Positions 42,528-55,952 of a stretch of DNA of 64,000 nt are shown here, piece after piece; the first letter of the stretch is position 1, and the number at the start of each line of letters is the position of its first letter. A model generated the notes under the pieces. It was not told the origin of the DNA. It worked only from the letters and a program-made list of their open reading frames with translations, and searched no databases. The stretch covers positions 241,366,001-241,430,000 of the forward strand of contig OZ024740.1 in the NCBI GenBank assembly GCA_964016885.1, read 5' to 3'. Position numbers and translations under genes: made by a program. The stretch comes from Eledone cirrhosa. Taxonomy: Eukaryota.

Positions 42528-43600
42528 CTAGCAGAAGTACCCGGCGTTGCTCGGGTATTAAATAGCAGTTGGGTATACCATTTATGTCAATACTTCAGTG
42601 CTACTTCGAAAACTATACTTTTACAAAATCATCGGCTTTTTCCAAAAGAGGGTTCCTGTCCCCAGGGTCCCCTACTCAATATGTGCCAATTCTGAGAGTT
42701 CACATTCATCTGTAGGACAAACGTAGCCCATGTGTCAAGTTTTGTGAAAATCGGTTGCGAACTCCAGAAGTTATGACGATTTGTTGCATTGCACTGCAGT
42801 TCTTCAGTCGACTCCAAGGAAGTGGTTAAAGGGGGTTATCTGCCGGGAGTCCCTATAATCAATATCTGTAAAAATGAAAGTGCCCATGACCATCTGGAGT
42901 ATATAAGTAACCTATGTCTTAAGTTTGGTGAAAATACTGTAGAAATACATAAGGTTTATACACGCATGCGCTCGTGTATGTGGGAAGGGTGGGGGGTATG
43001 TATTTGAGTGTGCGTATGTATGTGTATGTCCGTCGGGGCATACGTATGTACTGGCCTAAATCTTCACTATTTACTTTTTACTTTTTCTATTTTAATAACC
43101 TCTGTCATTTTCGTTTTCAATTTTATTTATATCATTCTTAAACACCGGGGCTGGAAATCATTCTGTTATGTTAAATAGAATATTAGTCTAACGACTCCAT
43201 TTATACCATAAACTTGGTCTTGTCTTTGTATGAAATTGTTCTTCACGCTCCACATAACGACGTATTATCCTCGCTTTTTTCCCGTTCATTACCAGGGAAC
43301 GTCTTCACGAACCAAAATATCCTCTTCCTGTTTTTGTTCGGTTGGAACGTTTCTTGAAATATTTACTTCTGCGGTCACAGATTACTCTCAGTTCAATTTG
43401 AATGGGAAATTCCTGTTTCATCGATTTTCTCCGTAACCATGGAAGCTTGTACCCTAAAAGTCGATCCAACACCTCTTCGGGTCATTCTGCATAACTGTGT
43501 AAATTTTCGCTGCATTCCACCCAGCCGTTTCGACGTTTATCCGACTACACCTACTTACTTAAATATACAACGTCCGACCACTTCCAATTTATATAGTAGA
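42528..43600 (-). mobile_element. Non-autonomous Helitron
   Basis: Minus strand has 5' TCTACTATATAAA and a 3' hairpin CCCGAGCAACGCCGGG then CTAG; inserted between A and T with no TSD. Confidence 0.8.
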
Positions 43601-43602
43601 TA

Positions 43603-43770
43603 AGGCGGTGAATTGGCAGAGCCGTTAAGACGTCGGATAGAATGCTTTACGGTATTCATCTCACCTCATTGCGCGCTCTGAGTTCAAATCCCGCCGTGGT
43701 CAACTTTGTCTTTCATCCTTTCGAGGTCGATAAAAAAACCAGTCCAGTACTTGGGTCGATTCTCCCTCTA
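43603..43770 (+). mobile_element. Older SINE related to family A
   Basis: GGCGGTGAATTGGCAGAG..GAGTTCAAATCC..CATCCTTTCGAGGTCGATAAA. Confidence 0.8.
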
Positions 43771-44167
43771 TAGAAAAAATCGGCTGTGTTCAGACCTGGA
43801 GAGTTTAAAAGTGTCCTGAACATGCCGTTTGTCGGTGCCTCTATCACTCCACAAGGAGTTATGGAATCTTTATCTTTTTTATAGTATATATGTGTGTTGG
43901 TAGTTATAAGGCCTTCCAAAGAACAGGCTGCTCACTACTGGAAAATAGTTTATAAAAAAAGTGTGGTTGTGTATGATTGGAGTGAAGTTAAAAAGAGGAC
44001 TGATGGTCACGGTTGGTGAATAAAGTATAGAAAAACAAAGAATGTAAGAAAGAGGGAGAGGAGTTGGAGACACAATTTCACTGAAATTATATACATACAT
44101 GTACATATATACAGACATACGCACACATGTATGCATGTATGTATGTGTATATATATATATATATATG

Positions 44168-44460
44168 TAGGTCACCAGTTATGTCAGGTCACCAGTTGGT
44201 GCTACTGGTAACATGTATCCCAGTACAACCCGTCTCATGGTCGGGTCGTTGGCGACTAAACTGGCAACACCACCAAGGTTTCTTGGTGAGGAGGGTGACT
44301 TTGGACATCCTGCAGGACTAAAAACAAAACCTGTCTAACTGCAAAGGAGCTCTTAAGAGTCAATGGCAATCCAAAATCACCGGGAGAGATGACCCCTTAG
44401 CCTTTGTCAAGGCAGAATTCTAGGAGAAGGAAAACTCTGATATAACACCTGCAACTCTGA
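44168..44460 (+). mobile_element. Possible RTE-type 5' UTR fragment
   Basis: Contains GGAGAAGGAAAACTCTGA, which resembles the RTE 5' motif; starts at (TA)n. Confidence 0.4.
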
Positions 44461-44847
44461 TGGTATCCAATGGTGTTGACTTGTTCTTCTTTTTGGTAAA
44501 TATCATCTTGGTTAAGAGAGTGGGACTGGCTTTGTGCAGTGCCTTTGCTCACTATAAAAGCTTCACGGCACAGGCATTGTTTTATATCTGGAGATCTCTC
44601 TGTACTTGTCGTCACATGGTACCATGGGCCCAGCACTATGTGTCAATAATTGTCACAAGTGTAGTGTTTGTACCAGAGTTTTCAGGTCGCTGGCTGGACT
44701 GAAAAGTCACACTCGTTCAGCACATCGGTAGGAGTTCTCCTACATGGATATAAAGTAGTGGCCGTACTCGAAAACGAGTTGGCAGCCACCATATATATGT
44801 ATATGTATTTATATTTATACACACACAGAGATAAACACACAAACACA

Positions 44848-44884
<37 letters not shown>

Positions 44885-44893
44885 ATAAACACA

Positions 44894-44965
<72 letters not shown>

Positions 44966-45438
44966 CTAATGTTAGGCTGTTTGCATGCTATCACCATGGC
45001 TGTGTTGAATTCCATCAAAGACAAATTTGAATGTACAGTCTACCCATTAGTAAATACATTCCCGCTGCTGTCTCACCGGCCTTGTTGTATTTGTTTTTTT
45101 AGTCCCAGTCTATCTTGATTTAAGAAACCCATGGTCAAAATCATTCCAGACATGATAAACCCACCAGATTCGGTTGCTACTTCAAACCCATCAAGCAGGT
45201 GTCACTGGTTCTTTGTAGATTTGACAGGTATTGTCAGTTTGTTCTGTTGATATATATTCTACCATATTTGAAGCAATCTGGCTACCAGCGTGAAAACAGA
45301 GATAAACTCCAGCACAATTTACGTAGTACACAAAACATTACTAAAAAGCGAATGATGGACGTAATAAACATTGATGAAATGTTTCCACCGAAACTAATGT
45401 CAATGCTGTTATATTTGGAGATGGCCATATTGTCCTTC

Positions 45439-45920
45439 AGGGTCGGACGCCATGCTTTCCAGCATAGAGTTACTTGCTTTTACGGTCTGAGTTCAAATCC
45501 CGCCGAGGTTAACTTTGCCTTTCATCCTTACGGGGTCGATAAAATAAAGTGCTAGTAATGCACTGGGATAATTGCTGGCCTTGTGCCAAAAGTAGAAACA
45601 ATTGCTAAAAAATAGTAAAATACACTCACTGTTTGGCTTGGTTTTCGCTTCAGTATATTTTTATATTTCTATAAATATTTTATAATTGATGAATTATATT
45701 CATATTTATATTTTTATCTGTTGGTCAATCACTGATAAACATTGCATGCCAGCTAAATTATTTATAGAGATATAAAAATATACTGAAGCGAAAACCAAAC
45801 CAAACAGTAAGTGTGTTGTACTATTTTTTAGCAATATTAGGACAAATTGACCTGCCCAAATATAAAAATATCTGTTTCAACATACGATTCCATATAAAAA
45901 ACCTTGCAAAACCTTGCGCT
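45439..45920. mobile_element. 5'-truncated SINE A (45439-45604 +) followed by a PLE pseudo-LTR fold-back (45601-45835)
   Basis: The arms are reverse complements. The downstream LPKYKNICFNIRFHIKNLAK is homologous to [22 protein letters not shown]. Confidence 0.75.
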
Positions 45921-46990
45921 AATTTCAATGCATAGTGTTCTTTAAAGCTCTAGATCTGCACAATAACCCCTATCTACCTCTTCTATTTGTTCCTGGAATT
46001 TCTCGAATTACGCAAAACAAAAGAACAATATTAAATCTACTTTTGACAAGCATATACCTATATTTTCAAAATTGAATTATCTGAGAACGACCTGATGGCT
46101 TTGAGAATTATAATGCTTATTGAGTAGGATGATCATAAAATATATTCAAAGTTTCATACACATTCTTTCTGCGAACTGTAACTCTAATAGCCTTTATAGA
46201 GTAATACTGAATATTAATTATATATAAGCATATTGTTATATACTGTGGTGTAAAATTGCCATAGATATTTTATGACTACCGCTTTAGCTTAGATGTTTGT
46301 CATCATCACTGCTAAAATAACTTTGAAATAGTTAAATTCTGAATTTAAAAGCAACTTTATTAAAAATAATCATTCTGTTCAGACAAAAAGTATTGTCAAA
46401 TATATTTTGTTATAAAACAATGTAGGTCCATAACAAGTATCATATTTTGGCAGACGTTTTGGCAGAGGAAGTAACTTTATATCATTTATCCGTCGTAGGG
46501 GATTGATTCTTCAGGAAATTGTTGTATTAATACTTGGATTTATTGACCAAGTTTTATAAGCCTTTATAGGTTAGTCACACATTTTTTGATTTGATATTCA
46601 AAAATATTGAACCTGGGTGATAATGTAGTTGGAAAGAGAATATCTTAATTTGGACTTATATTTAATAATCAATATTTTGATATAAAGAATTATGCTTCGT
46701 ATGAGTATTTTAGAGGCAAGAAAGTATGATATTCATGATTTCAGTTGTAATATAAGCGAATTGTAATAATTAAAGCAGAAAATTTGAAACAATTTGCATG
46801 GCAATACTTTAGTATAAAGAAAGTTCATAGTTTATTTATAAGGGGGTTCTCAATTAAGGTCGATGTACTATTACATTTTCACAGTGTCTAGTCATTTAAA
46901 GGTTGGCAAATCATGCAAGCTGCAATAAGTTTTGTATCTCTAGGTATGGAACCTTTATCACCAAATTACTGAAACCCACCGAATCAGGGT

Positions 46991-47109
46991 TTATAATTGT
47001 AAAATATAAATCATACTTATTGAAGTTAAAATAAGCATTTTAATTACTGATGGGTAAGATCCCGCTGCAAGAACACCAAAGTATGATTGATCAAAAGATA
47101 TTTGTCCTC
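46991..47109 (-). CDS. Contactin-like gene, terminal exon with GPI-signal-like hydrophobic tail
   Basis: CTTTTCAG|GA, phase 1; GGQISFDQSYFGVLAAGSYPSVIKMLILTSISMIYILQL*. Small residues precede a hydrophobic C-terminus with no cytoplasmic tail. Confidence 0.8.
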
Positions 47110-48150
47110 CTGAAAAGACAGAGAAAAATAGAAATAGAAATAGATAGAGAGAGGGAGAGACAGAGGGACAGGGTGGGAGAGAGAGGGGGGAGAGAAAGAA
47201 AAAGAGAGAGAGAAAGAAAAAAGAAATGAAATAATCGCATACTATCTTTGATGAAGCATCGTCTGTTTTAAAGAAGCATTCATATTGGAATAGTTTTTTA
47301 ATAGTGACTGACAGAATTAATAGTTACTGTTGTTTTAATTACTACTGTTGTTATTTAATCTAGGTCAACACTGATCCAGTAGACATATGATCAAATGCGT
47401 TGCAAACATGACCATGTCATCTTTCTCTCAGCCATAGTTGATGTAAGGCTACAATATCTATTTTTCCCCTCCATTTTAAAGATAGTAGTTAAAAATGCGT
47501 TAGAGTTATTAGCTTCATCTTTGACTGATTTCACCCAAAATGTTCGATGAGATAAGCAACGTTAAATCGACCGACCCACATTTCTGTAAATTTGTGGTAT
47601 TGTATCTATGTAAGCAACAAGTATTATCACTGATATATTTCTAAAGAATGATGCTTGTATTCGCCTGTTCTACATCCCTGCCAATATCACCAAACTATTT
47701 TCTCGAGTATTTCCTTTAACAACTTTATCTCCATATTGGCATATATGTGGTCATCCTTACCAGAAAGTAGTGAGGGCTGCACTTCCAGCTTTCCTTGATC
47801 TTCACATAATACTGATTGATTTAGATCAGATTTCAATAGCATAGGAGAATTCAAGACAAAAAGGGTAATTAATGTATGCTATATTTTCCTCCATCATTGA
47901 TATACGATAATATTCTTGAGATTTTGATTAGAATATTTCAGACATTTTAAAGACATGAGAAACTCATCTCCACACCAAAAATTAAGTTTGCAACTGTCGT
48001 CTGGTATTTGATGTTATATGACTACATAAACCTCAATGATGTACTGTGTAGATATTGCAGAAACGTTCGTCCTAAATACCTGGTGCTGCCGTAAAGTAGA
48101 ACAGTAACCAAACAAAATTATTTTGAATTTTGAATTATAATGCTACCTAC

Positions 48151-48325
48151 CTAAAGTGAAATATGTTACCTCACTTCGTTTACCATCACCTGCGGGACTG
48201 AATGCCATCACTCGTAATTGGTAGAGTACATGTTTTTCCATACCCCGAAGAATACCTTGACTTACTACACCAAATTCCACACACTTCTCTAGATCTAATT
48301 TGTCTTGAACAGACGAACAGCACAA
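48151..48325 (-). CDS. Contactin-like gene, last FN3 exon
   Basis: TTTTCAG|TTG...TTAG|GTAGGT, 175 nt, phase 0 to 1; GMEKHVLYQLRVMAFSPAGDGKRS. Confidence 0.88.
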
Positions 48326-50451
48326 CTGAAAATAAAATGTGTATATAAATAAACGTTATCTAGTCAATTAATCATTACTGCATGCCCCATTTATCGTGAT
48401 TAATCTAAAGAAACCATTTGTTAAAGAGAGAATAGAGAGAGTAGAAGAGCAAGTGATATGACCATCGTCAATAAAGACTGTAGTCTACATTTGAATCTCG
48501 ATTGAACTATTTCTTTTTGATCATGTTATAAATATTTTTGGGAAAACCACAAGCGCCACATAGTTTCCTTTTCGTTTCTTAAAAAATCTAGGCATATATA
48601 CAAAATCAAATAAAAATAATATAAAGCTAATGGCATATGGTAGAGCGTAACAAAGTAAAGTGTTGGGTCTTACAGTATTTAATTAAATGAATCTACGCTG
48701 TGTTAAAAAACTACAGAAATCAACTAGAAAGTTTATCAAGATCGATAAAATAAATACCAGTGATATCCGGGTTCAATTCAGTAGAATATACTTCTCTACA
48801 ATAGCCATTTATTCTGCAGTTCGGGAGCCATTAAATACTTGAAGATAAGTTTCCGGCAAATCAATTTCATGAAAGTGTATTAATTTTATATCGTAACAAC
48901 TCACGTTACACGTAAAATAATCTGGACACGATTAAACATCAGAATGTAAATGCAAATATTGTTAATTTGATAATTTTAATACAGTCTTGAAAATATTTTA
49001 TACATGAAATATAATGGCATTTAACAGGATATAATATTTGGGATTTAATATACGATATTTATATATTTATATCAAAGAATCGACCTCTATGTAACTTTTG
49101 TAGCTTGGTTGACTGAATATTAGTAAACATTATATTTGCTTTGGAAAAATACACAGATACTGCTTTATGCATAATAAAAATGCATAAACACCGGATTTAA
49201 AAAAACATATCTCAACTTTAGACATTCTCACAATCCAGAAGGATAAAACACGTTTCCCGACATCCATTGTATGTATACACACTGCAATAGGCACCCTAGG
49301 TTATCATAGTACATCTGCACACACCATTATTTATCCAAACTGGCACACACATTCCTAGGTCTAAAGAGTACATACGCACAAACGATCACAACTCCACACA
49401 AAGTTCAATAGCAGAATCTAACAGCAACCAGGAAATAATACAGTACTAGTGCTTACACACAAACGAGCATACTCCACACAAACTTCATCAGCAAACCTCT
49501 CTAGTACCCATAAATACAAACAGTACTAGTTTTTATTGACTCACGTTAGCTGACAGTGACACATCAAAACGTACATGCCATCATTAAAACAAAATTATTA
49601 GTACATGAAAGCAGTGCATAAGCAGCTTATCTTGCACCTACCTGAGCTGCACAGCCAACCCTTCAGTTACATAAACACACTCCGAAAGAGGCACATACAA
49701 CAACATATTTTATCATAGCGGCATTAAAACGACAACACCCACACTAGCACGCCACTTCAGAAATATCAATACCTATTTGCACGTCTACAGCCCCTGTGAC
49801 CCCCCCTCCTGGAACATACGTATGTACCTAAGAAAAAGATAGGCCCATTACATTGCACAATAAATAGTAATTACCCGCTCCACCTATTCCACTATAAATG
49901 TATGAATATATAATCACCACCACAAACTCAGTAGTACCGCGAAACGTGGATATCTTAAGTAAATCAAATCTATACTCCTATCTGTAATTCAAAGTGACTT
50001 AAGTACTGGCGTAATTATAGTAAATAAATTTCACAAATTTAACAAAGATAACTAAAACATTAGCTGTCACATAGCTGATAACTATATTCTGCCATTCGGT
50101 CAACTTGTACTATTCTTTGATTAGGGCGGTTTGCTGTCAGGAGTGACGCCTATTCTATAGACCTGCTGTCTGAAGGTCGAGATAACCATGCCTGAGGGCA
50201 AATATACATACACACCCAAGTATATTTTCTCGATAAATATATTTTTGTCCCCTCTCCATGATTATTCTGTCCGAAGCTGACCAGGCAGATACACATAGAC
50301 GCACGTATAGACGCACACATACATATAAACACTCACTAAACCATATATTTATACACACAACCACATACAGCTACTCCCTCACCATAAAAAAACACTTATG
50401 TGAAGAGATTTTACAATTGGATAAAATGTGTATGCCCTTATTTGGACAAAC

Positions 50452-50543
50452 AACTCTTGATGATGCAGCCAGCTAACCGCCTATGCCTTTGGTAATCAGT
50501 CTGGAAATAGCTGTTGAAACTGCGAGATCTCAGCCGTCGGGGT
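50452..50543 (+). ncRNA. Decayed type I HHR
   Basis: AACTC-TTGATGA-..CAGCTA..TAGCTG..-GAAACTGC-GAGATCTCA-GCCGTC-GGGGT; same family as 60949-61059. Confidence 0.5.
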
Positions 50544-50551
50544 CCTAACTC

Positions 50552-50591
<40 letters not shown>

Positions 50592-50719
50592 GTATTCTGA
50601 GTTTTTCGAATATCAATAATAATATTCGATTAGTTTGCAATTATGCAAACAGCCTCTTTAAGGCATGTCAGCAGAATGGCCTCGTCATTCTCACTTCTTA
50701 GCTGGCATGTAAACAGAAC

Positions 50720-50764
50720 TGCAGACACTAATGTTTCTGGGTGACTACCCCTCATCAGTACACT
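50720..50764 (-). ncRNA. Type I HHR, intronic and sense to the host gene
   Basis: TGTA-CTGATGA-G-GGGT-AGTC-ACCC-A-GAAAC-ATTAGT-GTC-TGCA. Confidence 0.7.
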
Positions 50765-51793
50765 GCTTACCTGCCAACTGTGAAAATATATATTTTCTAA
50801 AATATACAGTGACATGTTATATATATACACTTACACACAAATATATGCATCATACATAAAGATATATATATATAGACCACAGTTTTGCACCTAGGCAGCT
50901 GAAATACTTTATAAGGGCTCATTTTTTCAAATGTTATAAACTATGTCGAAGTTTGTTTTTATTACATTCTTACAGATAATATTTTATGCCCCAAAGAAAT
51001 GTAATATACACTGAAACTGTTACTGATAATAAAATAATAAAATAATTTCAATATTTTGGAAACAAATATTTTCTCAGAAAATGAGAAAAATGTAAAAGAG
51101 AAATTTTATTTGGGGTTCTAAATTTCTATATTTGTTTGTATGTTTTTATGAAGCTCAAATTGAATCGTTTTCTCAATTTTTGGATGTAACAATTTAGTGG
51201 AAATCAACATTTCCAGTCAACTGAAACTTGTCAGCATCTTTAAAGGAATTTAACGGAAATATAGTAAATTTCACGTGACTGTATTTGTTTTTCTTACACA
51301 CACACAGACGCACACACACACACACGCACACGCAGACACACACACATACACACACAAATATACACAAATACCCACACACGCCGCCGCCCACATATGTGTA
51401 ATATTCAGAAATGTTCGTTAAATAATTATTGAACCCAAAAGTTATATCGATGGTAGCCTTGAAATTAAAAGAAAAAAGGAAAAAAAAAAAGAAAAAAAAT
51501 GAAATCTACAATCATAGTGAAACATTCTAACGCCGTATATCTGAATCCTTTTTGATGAATTCTCTGCTCCATTTTAATAATATTGTGGACGCCAATCCTA
51601 AACTATCTTGGTGTGACTGTATAGGCTGTCGTAATTCTAAACGACTGTATCCAAAACTCCTTTTTCCCTCTTTCCCTCTTTTGGAAAATCACTTACCTTT
51701 ATCAACAAATCCTTTATTTTTTCTATTTCGCGTATGTAGAAGTCGTTGGCTTCTGTTTGGAGGCAACGTGTATTATATTAAATTATCAAAGAA

Positions 51794-51985
51794 GGGCGGT
51801 GGATTTGCAGTATAGTTAGAGGGTCGTACGCCATGCTTTGACGCATAGAGTTACGGCCCTTGCCATTCTGAGTTCAAATCCCGCCGAGGTTAACTTTGCC
51901 TTTCATCCTTGCGGGGTCGATAAAATAAAGTACCAGTAATGCAGTGGGTAATTGCTGGCCTTGTGCCAAAAGTAGAAACAATTAT
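51794..51985 (+). mobile_element. SINE family A
   Basis: Full-length; ATTATATTAAATTATCAAA on both sides (TSD). Confidence 0.92.
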
Positions 51986-52568
51986 ATTAAATTATCAAAC
52001 AATGATAACTAAATCGAGGAAAACTATCAATTATTCAAAAATATTAAGTATTCAGTTTGATAAAGAAAACTTAGCCCAAGGACACAATGTAACACTAAAC
52101 CATAAACACACTTTCGATCATATATGTTGTTACGTTTTGATGGTAGAATACGCTCCAGTTAAACCTAGTTAACAGCTTGATTCTCATTCTTAACTGACAC
52201 CACATTGAATTTATATCACTTTCAACGCTAATGCATTTGAGAAATGCATATGCACCTTACACAACCTGAAATCTACAACCAAATAAAGTTAACATGGAGG
52301 TAAAGGTTATCATTGATTTGGGATATGGACAAACAGCTTCGATACCATTAAGTGTCACCTTGGTTTGACCTAAGGTTTGTGAGTGAAATTGTGTTAACCG
52401 AAATTGTATGAAAGTCTGCAAGCGATATGGTATGGGTTCTCCTCTCATCTCCTCTTCCTCTACACCAATTTCAAATAATTAGTTATTTTCTTATTTTCTT
52501 TCTCATAATACAATTTTTTGCATATCTTAGGTAGTTGAGAGGCCACGTTTCTCGTGTGGATTAATCTA

Positions 52569-52726
52569 CCGTATTTCCCGGCGCCGAAGACGCTTCATCT
52601 TTGAGGACGCACCCTAATTTTGACAACCAAAAATTTGAAATAAACAACCTTCGGCCCCCAGGACACATGGTAGATTTTTGAGACTTATTTTAGGAAAAGT
52701 AGCGTCTTCGACGCCGGGAAATACGG
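52569..52726. mobile_element. Tc1/mariner-superfamily (Tc2/pogo-like) MITE
   Basis: ~26-bp TIRs CCGTATTTCCCGGCGYCGAAGACGCT with TA duplication. Confidence 0.88.
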
Positions 52727-52775
52727 TAGAACAGCAATAAACCATTACTAATAAAGCCAATTCTAGAATATTTAC

Positions 52776-52894
52776 CTTATATCCTGATACTGGATCTTCC
52801 GCATTTGACCGCATAGTTATACCTCTAAACGTCACCAGTACACTATCGGGACCATGTGTATGGACGTGTACTTCGGTTGGATAATCCAAGGGTG
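52776..52894 (-). CDS. Contactin-like gene, FN3 exon
   Basis: TTATAG|CA...AAG|GTAAAT, 119 nt, phase 1 to 0; PPLDYPTEVHV..DSVLVTFRG..EDPVSGYK. Confidence 0.88.
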
Positions 52895-53177
52895 CTATAA
52901 ATATACCACAAAGAAAAAAAATGTAAATAATGGGATCATCACTGAAAACTGGATTGTAGATATTTTCCTTAATTAACATATTCTATAGAAAATCTGAGCA
53001 TTTGTAGTAAAGTACTTTATTATTAAAAAACTATTTTAGCTCTGAGAGTATTCGACGAATGCACTTTAATGATAATTGTGTAGATTCTGTTACTCTGAAA
53101 CGAATCAATCTCACAACTGAGTAGCATCAAATAAAATTATTGACTTCAAAATACCTTGGTGACCAACAGCTTAAGTA

Positions 53178-53507
53178 ATCTGGTTGAAATATAATTGTTT
53201 CTACTTTTGGAACAAAGGCCAGCAATTACCCAGTGCATTATGAAAGGCAAAGTTAACCTCGGCGGGATTTGAACTCAGACCATAAAGGGTCGTAACTCTT
53301 TGCTGCAAAGCATGGCGTCCGACCCTCTACCGATACTGCCAATCTGGTTGAAATATAATTGTTTCTACTTTAGGCACAAGGCCAGCAATTACCCAGTACA
53401 TTACTGGTACTTTATTTTATCGACCCCGTAAGGATGAAAGGCAAAGTTAACCTCGGCGGGATTTGAACTCACTACCAATTCACCGCCCTATCTGGTTGAA
53501 ATATAAT
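53178..53507 (-). mobile_element. Two tandem family A SINEs sharing a triplicated 18-bp target
   Basis: ATCTGGTTGAAATATAAT at 53178, 53342 and 53490. Confidence 0.88.
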
Positions 53508-54351
53508 GTTCAGTAAAATGAATCATGTGTATTTTATTTAATACACCAACGGAACAAACTTTCTTTCGACGTCTAACTTGTTATATGAATTTACTTATAG
53601 CACTTATTTGTTTGAACATGTGGGTGAATGAGTGTATGAGTGAGTATGTGTATGTAAGCTCGTGTCTTTTCTCTTTGAAATCCCATGTATGTTTTATATT
53701 TTTATATTTGGTTTTTAAATGGAATTAGTGAATTTGAAAAGATAAAGCTGAAGACTAATAATGATAAAAGAGGGAGATGATATAGGTTAACTGCAGGCTA
53801 TGGATTAACATTTATTTTAAAAAGAAAGTAAGAATTATGTTTAAGAAAACTTGCTGTTTATTTCGCCAGGCCAGCCTTCATGAAGCGGACGCGTCAACCG
53901 AAGTGTTTCAGCTGTGAACATATTTCATATATCGTGTATTTAGGACATTGTCAAATTTATTAATCTTTTTTTTTTATATATAGTAGGATGTATTTTGTGA
54001 GAGACTTGGCTATTATTTCTACCAAGGTGAAGATCCATACAGCAGTTTTACATATTGGCTTTACTTATTAATCAATATATAACTACGAAATCACTTTTTA
54101 TAAGAGTATTTAATTTAAGTTAACTTTGGATTTTAATAAACGACATTTTTTGTTAAATTTATTCTACTTCTAAACGATTCCTGTATTGCTCTTAGAGCTA
54201 ACCATCTTTAGTTTGCTTTAAAAGAAAACTGAGAGTGCCTGGTGTATAATAGTTGACAGTGTTAGAAATACACATCTATTAACTGTATCCCAATAAATTG
54301 GGAAGTTTTGCAATGTTTACTTGTTATAAACAGTGGTTGAACTTTACTAAC

Positions 54352-54532
54352 GTTCGCTCCCGGTAGAACCAAGATACGTTTCACTGACAGGTCCTAGTCC
54401 AGCAGTATTAAAAACTTGCACAGTGACCCAATAATAGAAATTAGGGCGAAGACCAATCACCAATGCTTTTCCTTTTGTTGTATAATAGGAGACAGAATTC
54501 CTTACAGGGTCATCTCGGTCCCAAAAGTTCAC
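54352..54532 (-). CDS. Contactin-like gene, FN3 exon (first exon in the window)
   Basis: TTTTCTAG|GTG...GAAC|GTTAGT, 181 nt, phase 0 to 1; VNFW..GLRPNFYYWVTVQVFNTAGLGPVS is an FN3 C-half. Confidence 0.88.
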
Positions 54533-54800
54533 CTAGAAAATATAAAAATATAAAAAATATAAAAATAAAACGGTTGGCATTTCCATAAATATGTGATGTG
54601 TCTAACTTAATGTCAGAATAATTATAATGAAATCTGCATATTGAAGAGTTGGTTTACTACTCAATTAAATTGAAGAACGATTTCTTTTTGCTATGAAAAG
54701 GGAACGTACACCCACCTCACATATGTTTGTAAGTATATATATATATATATAGTATAAAGAAAACGAAAAATCAGTGATGCATCTGGACTCAATTTATTGT

Positions 54801-54889
54801 ATGTTACAATTGTTTCTCCGGCAGGTAGCTCGAGACATGGTCCCTGAACGGATCTGACTGATTCTACGGCTGCAGATTCCTTCAGACAC
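54801..54889 (-). ncRNA. HHR-like motif with large stem II insert
   Basis: GTGT-CTGAAGG-...CTGCCGGA-GAAACAATTGTA-ACAT; homolog of 22292-22379. Confidence 0.5.
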
Positions 54890-55952
54890 GGGTAGTTCGG
54901 AGCAAATTTTATCACTGGGTGTTATCATCCAAAAACACCCTAAAAAAACCTCTTCCACTCTTGTCATGCCATTGGCTGTTGTTACTCCACGTCATCTTAA
55001 GTTCTGGACAGTATTTACTGCTACACGGGTCATCAGCCATTTTCCGTCCGACACACTTCAATGGAGTCATGCTGGGTTCAGTACCTCACACGTCTGTTCA
55101 CACTCCAGAGCAAGCACCCACACATTCGAATACACCCACACATACACACAGAGAGGCAAACACAGACACATGCGTGCATACACACACGTACGCATTCATG
55201 CGTAGACCCCCCCCCCACACATATACATATATGTATATATACACACACACGCTCTCCCTCACTTCCAAGGACCCAGGCACACCGACTTCTAAATAGATAC
55301 CGCCACAAGCCTTTTAACGGCTGCTTAAGTCGCGCAATATATCCGGTCCGACAAGCACGGCCCACGCAAACATACACATATACACACACATACGCGCGCA
55401 CACATACCTACGCACAACCTTATATACATTTATATATATGCACTCATACACACACATATATACATACACACACACACACACATATATATATGTGACATAC
55501 ATACAAAATACACATACGTACACAAAATTATGTACACACATACGTACACAAAATTATGTACACACATACATACACACACATATATATATAGAGATATACA
55601 AAAAAACACTACATGCATACGCACACCCACACATATACATACATATATACATCTACATATACATACGCACACAGACTACCACATGCAGACACCTGCACAT
55701 ATGCATATTTGCTTACACACACATGTTTCCACATATACATATATAAACAAAACCGTAAATTAAAAATACATTATATAATAAAAAACACAATATACTATAA
55801 AATAACGGTAAAATAACATAGCATAAAATATAAAATATCAATATAGTATACAATATAATATATATATCTATATCTATATATACACATGTACACACCTTCA
55901 TACATACATATACGGATATATACAATGGATATATGATAAAATAATAAAAGAA

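Noticed and set aside
44168-44330. Possible HDV-like or twister ribozyme in the RTE-like 5' region
   Set aside because: Several hairpins exist, but I could not place the nested pseudoknot (P1.1/L3) or the twister consensus by eye.
44460-45250. Possible scrambled CR1 RT remnants (VLGP, LMEFN)
   Set aside because: The motifs are too short and fragmented to call.
48080-48085. Possible 6-nt micro-exon (CAG|CACCAG|GTATTT)
   Set aside because: Too short to distinguish from chance without transcript data.
49070-49960. Possible old Helitron
   Set aside because: Only a weak 3' hairpin-like string; no clear TC or CTAG termini.
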